From: an uncultured Deferribacteres bacterium
GTDB lineage: Bacteria; Zhuqueibacterota; Zhuqueibacteria; Zhuqueibacterales; Geothermadaptataceae
Assembly (NCBI GenBank): GCA_964014485.1
Contig: CAXHAT010000141.1
Location: 1-21,050 of the forward strand
Direction: 5' to 3'
DNA length: 21,050 nucleotides
Shown in pieces: positions 9,563 to 17,123 of the stretch (position 1 is its first letter; each line of letters starts with the position of its first letter). The notes below the pieces were generated by a model that saw only the letters and a program-made list of their open reading frames with translations, had not been told where the DNA came from and did no database searches. Position numbers and translations under genes: made by a program.

Positions 9563-9934
9563 TTAAACGTGCTGATCAACCAAAATAGGATTGCCGTCAG
9601 GATCGACGACCACGAAGCTCCCGGGGCCGGTGGTGGTTTCGTCGGCTTCAGTCTCGATTTTTACGCCTTGCGCCTTAAGCTCGCGCTGAAGTTCGCGAAC
9701 GTCTGTGAACGAATCGAGCGTTTTGGCGTTTTGATCCCACCCCGGATTAAAAGTCAAAATATTCTTTTCAAACATACCCTGAAACAATCCCACAATGTGA
9801 TCTCCGTTTTTCATGATCAGCCAATTTTGCGACTGGTCACCGCCGAATACCTCAAAGCCAAATTTTTCATAGAATGCCTTGGAAGCCGCAATGTCTTTAA
9901 CGGCCAGGCTGATCGAAAATGCGCCTAAATTCAT
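9563..9934 (-). CDS. VOC (glyoxalase/bleomycin resistance) family protein
   Basis: [27 protein letters not shown]...[16 protein letters not shown] 9934 with GAGG upstream. Confidence 0.93.
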   Translation of the reverse strand: MNLGAFSISLAVKDIAASKAFYEKFGFEVFGGDQSQNWLIMKNGDHIVGLFQGMFEKNILTFNPGWDQNAKTLDSFTDVRELQRELKAQGVKIETEADETTTGPGSFVVVDPDGNPILVDQHV

Positions 9935-10107
9935 GTGAGCCTCTTGTGTTTTGTACTTCCGATTCATTTGAGAATCGCGATGAAACAATGCTGCTTATGA
10001 ACAGAAACCCGTCCGACAGAATCAAGAAAAATCACACTTTGGGCGATGAAAACCATTTCCGCTTGGCGGCGCTTGCGAAATGGGCGACTGCGTTGTATTC
10101 TTGTTAG

Positions 10108-10336
10108 AAGCTGTTTTAAAAGTCCTGTAGGAATGCTTGATAATAGCCAGGCGATTTATCGCCTGGAACCGATGGCCTCTTATGATTTCAAATCCCGCCA
10201 GGGACGATTGAGGCTGGAAGCGCGATAAAATTTCAACCGTGCCTGACGGGACTCGACAAAAACAAAACGTCGTCTTCTCCGGAAGTTCACTTCCGGGCTG
10301 CTTTCGACCGTCCCTGCGGGACTTTTAAAACAGCTT
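10108..10336. mobile_element. Non-autonomous MITE-like element containing nested REP-like palindromes
   Basis: Perfect 18-bp terminal inverted repeat AAGCTGTTTTAAAAGTCC (10108-10125 / 10319-10336). Internal hairpins at 10147-10166 and 10279-10296, and a 16/19 inverted pair at 10193-10211 / 10233-10251. Confidence 0.7.
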
Positions 10337-10430
10337 TTCTGAGCGCCAACCCGGACGGCGTTTGTGCAAAATCAGAAAGCGTGCGCTGTTGCGCTTTTTC
10401 AGTGAAAAAAGAACGTCTTGGCTTAAAGAA

Positions 10431-12251
10431 ATGAATAATGCAAAAATAAAAACCGGCAGTTTGGTCTTGTACAAAAATGGCCCGGCCATTGTGCAAAGCA
10501 CCGGCGAAAAAATTGAAATAAAACTGGCTGAGAAAGGGACGCGGCGCGTTCGGCTAAAGGACGTGGTTTTGTTGCATCCCGGTTCCGTTACGTCTCACGC
10601 GGAGCTGCGCCCGGTAAAAGGCGAAATCGAGCAAGCGCGCGAATTGCTGGAAGGCGAAACCACGACCCTGGAAGAATTGGCCGAATTGGCCTTCGACGAA
10701 TTTACGCCGGCGACGGCCTGGGCGAGTTGGCAGGTCATCGCCGATGGCGTGCATTTTACAGGAACGCCAGACGCTGTAATCGCCAGAAGCGCGGAAGAAG
10801 TGGCTCGAGAAACGCAAGTTCGTGCGGAAAAATCGGCGAAAAAGCAGGCAAAAGCCGCTTTTTTTGAAAGGGTTGAAAGTAAACGACTTGAGGACCAAGA
10901 TCGCCCCAAATTTGCCGAAGTGGAAAAGCTTGCGCGCGGGCAGGTTGAAAAATGCAGACTGATGAAAGAACTGGGGCGCGAAGAAGATCGTGAGCACGCC
11001 CACGCGCTTTTGCTGGAACTTGGGCTCTGGGATGAGACGCAAAATCCGTATCCCGCGCGCTACAAGCTGCCGATGAAAGCGCCTGATTTGCCCGTGCCGG
11101 AGCTGCGCCAAGAAGAACGAATCGATCTCACGCATCTCGACGCATTTGCAATCGACGACGAAGGCAATCAAGACCCTGACGATGCGTTGAGTATCGACGG
11201 CGACCGGGTTTGGGTGCATGTCGCCGACGTGGCTGCGCTTGCACCGCCGGAAAGCGATTTGGACGCGGAAGCGCGCGGCTACGGCGCAAATCTTTACCTG
11301 CCTGAAGGGACAATCTCGATGCTGCCGGACGCCGCGCGTGCTGCGCTTGGGCTTGGCTTGCACGAAATTTCTCCAGCGCTTTCTTTTGGTTTTCGATTGT
11401 CTGAATCAGGCGAGCTTGATGATGTGGAAATTGTCCGGTCTCAGGTGCGAGTGACGAGAATGACCTACGCGGAAGCGGAACAAGTCCTTGATCAAAACCC
11501 GTTGAGCGAATTGAAACGACTTTCTGAAGTTTATGAACAACGCCGACTCGCGAACGGCGCTACGCGTTTGGAATTGCCGGAAGTCAAAATTCGCGTCGTT
11601 GACGGCGAGGTAACAATCCAGGCATTGGCGGCGCTCAAGAGTCGCAACCTTGTGATGGAAGCGATGCTGATGGCGGGCGAGGCGGCGGCGCAATTTGCAA
11701 TCGAAAACGATCTGCCGTTTCCTTTTACGACGCAGGCGGCGCCGGAAGAAGTCGAACATCCGGAAACTTTGGCGGAAATGTACGCTTACCGGAGAAAATT
11801 TAAACCAAGTCAAATGAAAAGCTCGGCGGGGTCGCATTTTGGTCTCGGTCTGGAGAAATACACGCGAGCCACCAGCCCGCTGCGGCGCTATCTTGACTTG
11901 GTGGCGCATCAGCAATTGCGTGCATTTATTTCAGGTGAAACGCCGCTGTCGAGCGAAGAAATCGTCGCACGGGTCGGAGCTGCGGAGGCGGTTTCGGGCG
12001 GCGTGAGAAGGGCGGAGCGACTCTCAAATCGGCACTGGACGCTGGTTTATCTTTTGAGAAATCCAGGGTGGGAGGGAGAAGGCATTCTCGTTGAAAAAAG
12101 GCACGGCAACGGCGTTTTCCTGATTCCTGAACTTGGGTTTGAAGCCACGCTGCACTTGCCGCGCGATTTTGAGCTGAACGCGCGCGTCCCGCTGAAATTC
12201 AAATCAGCAAATTTGCCGGAATTGACGGCGCGGTTTGGTGTTTCCGTATAA
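10431..12251 (+). CDS. RNB-domain exoribonuclease (RNase II/R family)
   Basis: Catalytic AIDDEGNQDPDDALS, VHVADV, HFGLGLEKYTRATSPLRRYLDL. Start placed at ATG 10431. Confidence 0.93.
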   Translation: MNNAKIKTGSLVLYKNGPAIVQSTGEKIEIKLAEKGTRRVRLKDVVLLHPGSVTSHAELRPVKGEIEQARELLEGETTTLEELAELAFDEFTPATAWASWQVIADGVHFTGTPDAVIARSAEEVARETQVRAEKSAKKQAKAAFFERVESKRLEDQDRPKFAEVEKLARGQVEKCRLMKELGREEDREHAHALLLELGLWDETQNPYPARYKLPMKAPDLPVPELRQEERIDLTHLDAFAIDDEGNQDPDDALSIDGDRVWVHVADVAALAPPESDLDAEARGYGANLYLPEGTISMLPDAARAALGLGLHEISPALSFGFRLSESGELDDVEIVRSQVRVTRMTYAEAEQVLDQNPLSELKRLSEVYEQRRLANGATRLELPEVKIRVVDGEVTIQALAALKSRNLVMEAMLMAGEAAAQFAIENDLPFPFTTQAAPEEVEHPETLAEMYAYRRKFKPSQMKSSAGSHFGLGLEKYTRATSPLRRYLDLVAHQQLRAFISGETPLSSEEIVARVGAAEAVSGGVRRAERLSNRHWTLVYLLRNPGWEGEGILVEKRHGNGVFLIPELGFEATLHLPRDFELNARVPLKFKSANLPELTARFGVSV

Positions 12252-12332
12252 CGGGCAACCGTCTCTGGAAGAGTTGTTCACTGGTGTTACGCACGCCAAT
12301 GCATCGCCTGTTGCTCAGACTTGAACATGGTT

Positions 12333-12460
12333 TCATTAGCACCGGGCTTGAGCCCGGTGACGTGCAAGGCGCTCATTTTCATTCCTTCCGCCGCGCCAGC
12401 GCGGCGGAAGGGATGGGACGCGTCTTCAAAAATCTCCGCTCTGAAGAGCGAAGCTAATGA
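12333..12460. repeat. REPIN-like element: two inverted TTAG-hairpin units flanking a central hairpin
   Basis: TCATTAGC with hairpin CACCGGGCT-TG-AGCCCGGTG (12340-12359). Central hairpin at 12380-12415. Inverted unit CTCCGCTCT-GA-AGAGCGAAG-CTAATGA (12434-12460). Lies between convergent genes and may also act as a terminator. Confidence 0.7.
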
Positions 12461-12573
12461 GAATCAAAAAGTTGCCTGTGGGCTTTAATCGCGCGTGCCA
12501 AACGGCGGTGCGTAACATCAGTTATTCAAGCGAGTATTGGGGAAAGGTGAACGCTGTGGGGATGGTCGTGACT

Positions 12574-14898
12574 CTACTTCAGCGATTTCTGCATGATTTC
12601 CATCTGGATTTTTCGCAGTTCCAGATCGAATTCGGTGAAATTGCCGAATCGTGCGTTGGGGGCGCTTTGCAGCGCTTTCATGACCAGAGCGTGCCAGGCG
12701 TCGATGAAATCATGCTTTTGCTTGCGGAGAGATTGGATTCTTGCACGTTTCAAATCCTTGGGCGCTTTTATACTGCCGACCGTTGAGTAAGGATGTTTCC
12801 CGGCAATGATCTCATAGAGCAGCGCGCCGAGGGAATAAACGTCGCTTCGCAGATCGGCGGCGCTCTCTTCAAACAACTCCGGCGCGCGGTACCGCCATTG
12901 CGCGGGGTAAAGGACGCCTGAGCCGTCCGACTGAGCGCTGAAAGCCGGCAGAAAAAAATCAACGATCTTGACTTGATTGGCTTGGCTGACCCAGACATTT
13001 CCGGGCTTCAGATTAAGATGCATCAAGCCTTCACGTTGCGCATAAAGCAACGCTCGCACCAACGCTTGGGTCGTCGCAAGAACAGTTGCTTCTTTTTGCT
13101 CCTCGTCAAATTCAGCTTCGGTGACGGGCTTGCCTTCCACGTATTCCCTGACGTAAAAAATGAGATTGTCTTGCTGCCCCATGTCATAAAGATTGGCGAT
13201 GTTCGGGTGATTCAGGCGGCCAATTTCGCGCAGCTTGTCAAACAATTTTTCCCGTTCAACATCATTTTCCAAATACTTGACCGCATGTTCCGGGGTCAAG
13301 GTTTTGATTATGACCGGGCGATCGAGCTGCGTGTCATGCGCCAGATAAGTGGCGTAATTCTCGTTCTGCAACAGGCATTTGCCTAACTCGAATCGGCCAA
13401 TTTGGTAAGACTGACCTTGTTGAACGTGGGACAAAGGATTGTACCAAATCACTTCAGACCAGGCTGACTGATGTCCAGGCATGAGCATCGCCGCGGGTTT
13501 GGGCAGAAGCGTTATGGAAGATTTTTCTCCAGCAATCCCATTCTTTTCAGCGGTATTCAATAGAATGGCGCCAGCGCCGCGATATTGGTCGTCCGTTGCA
13601 TTTTCGGCGAATTTGAGTAAATGCGCGGCCTTGACCAGTTCGTTGAGAAACGCTCGGTCGTCGGATGCGTTTTTTGGCAAAAGATGCAGCGCCCCGGCAA
13701 CGAAAACGCGCCCTGAGTCAGGCACGGCTGCGTTATATTTTTCAAGATGTTTTAAAAGTCCGATGACTGAAGAAATGACCGCGTTCGGCTCGGACCCAAG
13801 GCACAGAAAACCGGTTCCGCTTTGGCGCACCAGCGTCTGTTTTATTTGGGAAATGCTCGAAGAAACAAGCTGAATGAGTTTTTCGGGAATTTGGCCGCCT
13901 CGCTGCAAACGAATCTTTAGGAACAAGATGCTTTTCCATTCTTCGACGCTTGACGACTCGCCGCCTTCCTTCTCAGAGCATTTTTCCAATATGTTCAGAA
14001 TTTCTTCCCGCAGCGAAAACTCCGCCATGTGCGGACTGTCTGAATTGATCCGAACGCCCCCGTTTCGAATGGCCTGAAAAACCTCTTCAAGCGAGACATG
14101 TCCAAGAATAAACTCGTACTCTTCGATCTCGGCTTTTTGGAGATTCGCCTGTACGATTTTGTCCGGAACGCAAGCGCGCAGCAGAAGGTACTCTCGCAAA
14201 ACGTCCAAAGATTCCCGGATATCCAGATTCTCCAGAGCAACGATTGCTTTGTCGACGGTTTCTCGATTCGTGAGGAATTTGTTTTGCGCAAAATGCTCAT
14301 AGGCCGTGGTGAGAAGCGAGTGCCTGTCGATAAACGTCGTCAGCCCGTTCTCGCGTCCTGCGTCGTCCAGGGCTTGGTGCGCTTCGGGGAAGCGGCCGTT
14401 CCACCAGAGTTCTTCGAGGTAGTTTCTGATGACCTTCTTGTTTTTCGTATTGAAAACAACGTCGTGCTCCATTCTTCCCGCTTGCGCGTCGTCGCCGACG
14501 TGCTCATAATGCTCTTTTAAAAAGAGCCGAACTTTTTGCGCGTTGGGAGAATTGAGTTTCGCCGCTTCCTCACACATTTGAATGGCGAACGGGCGGGTCA
14601 CGTTTTTTTGGACGAAGAGCGTAGCCAGCCCCATTTTGAGCGCATTGGCTTCCAAATTGCCGGAAACGGCTTTCTTATACAACGCTATCGCATCGTCGGA
14701 AATCTTGCTCAAGCCGACGGCGGCAACAGAAGCGTCCATGGCGTATTCAACATTATCTGGAGCCATTTCTACCAGTTGCTTCAGCTTTTCGTATGCTTCG
14801 GCGAACTGTCTGCGCTCTAGATAAGCTTTCCCCAATTTGTGAAGCAGTTGCTCAACGCGCTCTTGCTGTGTGCTGTCTGTTGTTTGTGTCATCGCCAA
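12574..14898 (-). CDS. TPR + degenerate class III cyclase-like domain + Ser/Thr kinase-like (pseudokinase) protein
   Basis: Kinase fold motifs LDRPVIIK, LNHPNI, EYVEG, HLNLKPGN, KIVDFF, YRAPE and SDVYSLGALLYE. N-terminal TPR (LGKAYLERRQFAEAYEKL). Central cyclase-like pattern. Start is TTG 14898 or ATG 14892. Confidence 0.88.
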   Translation of the reverse strand: MAMTQTTDSTQQERVEQLLHKLGKAYLERRQFAEAYEKLKQLVEMAPDNVEYAMDASVAAVGLSKISDDAIALYKKAVSGNLEANALKMGLATLFVQKNVTRPFAIQMCEEAAKLNSPNAQKVRLFLKEHYEHVGDDAQAGRMEHDVVFNTKNKKVIRNYLEELWWNGRFPEAHQALDDAGRENGLTTFIDRHSLLTTAYEHFAQNKFLTNRETVDKAIVALENLDIRESLDVLREYLLLRACVPDKIVQANLQKAEIEEYEFILGHVSLEEVFQAIRNGGVRINSDSPHMAEFSLREEILNILEKCSEKEGGESSSVEEWKSILFLKIRLQRGGQIPEKLIQLVSSSISQIKQTLVRQSGTGFLCLGSEPNAVISSVIGLLKHLEKYNAAVPDSGRVFVAGALHLLPKNASDDRAFLNELVKAAHLLKFAENATDDQYRGAGAILLNTAEKNGIAGEKSSITLLPKPAAMLMPGHQSAWSEVIWYNPLSHVQQGQSYQIGRFELGKCLLQNENYATYLAHDTQLDRPVIIKTLTPEHAVKYLENDVEREKLFDKLREIGRLNHPNIANLYDMGQQDNLIFYVREYVEGKPVTEAEFDEEQKEATVLATTQALVRALLYAQREGLMHLNLKPGNVWVSQANQVKIVDFFLPAFSAQSDGSGVLYPAQWRYRAPELFEESAADLRSDVYSLGALLYEIIAGKHPYSTVGSIKAPKDLKRARIQSLRKQKHDFIDAWHALVMKALQSAPNARFGNFTEFDLELRKIQMEIMQKSLK

Positions 14899-14916
14899 AA
14901 TGCAGATCGATGTACG

Positions 14917-16839
14917 CTACGATCTTTCCTTTTCATCACGTAATGCATTTTCAAGAACGTCTATAGCGTCTGAAGAAACAGTCGCTTCTTCAATGAGGAA
15001 ATTCTGCGCCACAAATGTCTGGATATTTTCTTTTTGCGCCGCCGCAAGATTGTTCTCGAGAACCGTCTTGTAAACTTTCATCGCTCGCGCGTCTCTTTTC
15101 CCCGCCAACAAGTAAAGACTGGCAAGCATCGGGTAATATTTTAACCGGTCAGGATTTTTTGCGATAATTCGCTCATAGATTCTAAGAGCAGCCTGATTGT
15201 TGCCTTTCGCCAACAATAGCTTGGCTCTTATCGCGGGCGAAAATGCAAGGAATCCAAGAACGGGAAAAACAAGCAGCGACAAAACGATCCCGCCTAATAC
15301 AAAAGGCTGGAGGCTTTCGTTATTACTCGCTTCTTCAGCTAGAGCGTGGTTTGCGGTTGGAATATTTACGCCCAGGCGTTGTCGAGTGGCGCTTATCAAA
15401 TCATCGACGTTTCGGTAAGAGCCTGCCAGTAGACGCAATTTCTCCAGGGCGGTGAGAGCGGTGACCAATTCGTTGCTGTCCAGCGCTTCCAGAGCATGTT
15501 CGTAAAGTGCGTCAAGCTCTGAACTTTCAACTCGATGCGCAGAAGCTGCTTGAGGTGCGGAAGAATGGCGATTTTCCGCTTCATGCAATTGTCTGGTTCG
15601 AGAGAGAAGCTCGCCAATGTTTCGATAATTCGGATCGATGGCATGGACTTTTTGCAATGCTTCTAACGCTTGCACCGGCTGATTGTCATTGAGCGCTGCG
15701 AGTCCTTCAGTGTAGTGTTGCGCGGCGAGATTTGAAGAAGCGGTCAGCTTGGCGTTAGCGCGCGAATCTTTCAGTTTGCGCTGAACGTTTCTGAAAGAAG
15801 GATCGAGAGAAGCGACATTTTTGAAGGCGCTGATGGCCGCTTCCCATTCTCCGCCCTGAAATGCAACCAATCCCTTTTCATAGAGCTCTTCTTTCCGCGA
15901 TTCCAATCGCGCAGCTTTTGCCGCCGTATTTGCAAGCGTTTTTTTTGCCTGTGTTAATCTTTTTGCTGCATTTTGGTGACCTGGGGACTGCCTAAGTACA
16001 GCTTCGAAGCGGGCGACGGCTTGCTCAAAACGGCCCTGTTTTTCAAATCCCAAGCCTTCATTGTAGAGCTGCTCAATTTTGTCGTGATGCGTTTTTGCCG
16101 CAAGCTCTTGTCCGATAGTTTGGAGTTTTTCCGAAACGTCTTTGTAGGTTGGATCTGTTTGGTGAATTTGTTCCAAAAGCGCGACTGCATCATCAAATTC
16201 TCTCGCAGCCAGAGCCGTTGACGCTGAATCGTAAAGCGCTTCAATCTGCATTGCGCGAGTAACGGTCGCTGCATAATTGCGCAAAAACGCTTCGTTTTTT
16301 GGCTTCTCCGCGATGCTTTTCTCAACGGTTTCCAATGCCAATCGATACTGGCTGGAAGAAAAGAAGGTTCGCGCGAGTTCGAGCGAAATTGTCGCACGTG
16401 TGTTCTTGTCGTTAGCTACGTTCAGAGCGCGGAGAAGAGCGTCTTGTGTTTGCGGAAGCTTGTTCTGTCTTCTATAAGCCTGCGCAAGTTCGTAAACGAT
16501 CTTCATTTTGAGATCATTGCGTCCACGAAAGTTGAACGCTTTCTCCGCTCTCCCAAAATAGATTTCCGCTTGCGCAAAATCATTCTCGCCTTTGAAAACC
16601 AGGCCGAGATTGTAGAGCGCTTCCACAAAAGTCGGTTCAATTTTTAACGCCGCCTGATAGGCTTCGATCTTTTTTTGAACCGTTCTTTCCTTGGCCGCAA
16701 TATTGAACCACTTCATAGCTTCAGCCTTGATCGACTGACCGGCAGTGCTGTTTTCAGTGAGCGAGAGCTCGGAAGCTGCGGCCCCAAAAGCGCTCAAGAA
16801 GAGCGCCATGCAAATCGCGCAGGCTGACGAAGTTTTCAA
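14917..16839 (-). CDS. Single-pass membrane TPR protein (signal peptide, extracytoplasmic TPR repeats, TM, cytoplasmic TPR)
   Basis: TPR EPTFVEALYNLGLVF, repeated DPxYxNV-like motifs, TM FVLGGIVLSLLVFPVLGFLAF. In-frame TTG at 16839 has AAGGAG 7 nt upstream, so it is preferred over GTG 16863. Confidence 0.85.
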   Translation of the reverse strand: MKTSSACAICMALFLSAFGAAASELSLTENSTAGQSIKAEAMKWFNIAAKERTVQKKIEAYQAALKIEPTFVEALYNLGLVFKGENDFAQAEIYFGRAEKAFNFRGRNDLKMKIVYELAQAYRRQNKLPQTQDALLRALNVANDKNTRATISLELARTFFSSSQYRLALETVEKSIAEKPKNEAFLRNYAATVTRAMQIEALYDSASTALAAREFDDAVALLEQIHQTDPTYKDVSEKLQTIGQELAAKTHHDKIEQLYNEGLGFEKQGRFEQAVARFEAVLRQSPGHQNAAKRLTQAKKTLANTAAKAARLESRKEELYEKGLVAFQGGEWEAAISAFKNVASLDPSFRNVQRKLKDSRANAKLTASSNLAAQHYTEGLAALNDNQPVQALEALQKVHAIDPNYRNIGELLSRTRQLHEAENRHSSAPQAASAHRVESSELDALYEHALEALDSNELVTALTALEKLRLLAGSYRNVDDLISATRQRLGVNIPTANHALAEEASNNESLQPFVLGGIVLSLLVFPVLGFLAFSPAIRAKLLLAKGNNQAALRIYERIIAKNPDRLKYYPMLASLYLLAGKRDARAMKVYKTVLENNLAAAQKENIQTFVAQNFLIEEATVSSDAIDVLENALRDEKERS

Positions 16840-17001
16840 GTGAAAGCTCCTTTGCTGATACACGGCAATTCTTCGTGTTCAAATTTAATGTTCAAACGCC
16901 CAGGCCTTTTGGGTTAATCGTTGGCTGGACGTTACAGACTAATGATAATGCAGTGGGGCTGTCCAGAAACATAATATTTTTATGGCGTCCCACAATATGT
17001 C

Positions 17002-17029
17002 GTAGGGGTTCAAGATTTTGAACCCCTAC
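17002..17029. repeat. GTAG-type REP palindrome
   Basis: GTAGGGGTTCAA-GATT-TTGAACCCCTAC, a perfect 12-bp stem beginning with GTAG. Confidence 0.75.
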
Positions 17030-17088
17030 TGCATGTGTGTCGCTTCACAATTTTTGTGTTTTGGGACGGTCGCATTCCGGTTTTCAAA

Positions 17089-17108
17089 TCAAACGCTGAA
17101 GCGTTTGA
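17089..17108 (-). terminator. Hairpin just downstream of the 17124-19013 gene (terminator, processing site or REP-like)
   Basis: TCAAACGCT-GA-AGCGTTTGA, a perfect 9-bp inverted repeat 15 bp after the stop, followed by a short TTTG on the minus strand. Confidence 0.45.
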
Positions 17109-17123
17109 CTCCGATCCGGGCGG

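Noticed and set aside
10100..10340. CRISPR array or autonomous IS
   Set aside because: No regularly spaced direct repeats with unique spacers, no cas genes and no transposase ORF.
10554..11915. Long minus-strand ORFs (269 aa and 169 aa)
   Set aside because: Antisense shadows of the RNB ribonuclease with no recognisable motifs.
12574..14898. Pseudogene call for the kinase-like gene
   Set aside because: The 774-codon frame is uninterrupted and structural motifs are retained, so a pseudoenzyme is more likely than a pseudogene.
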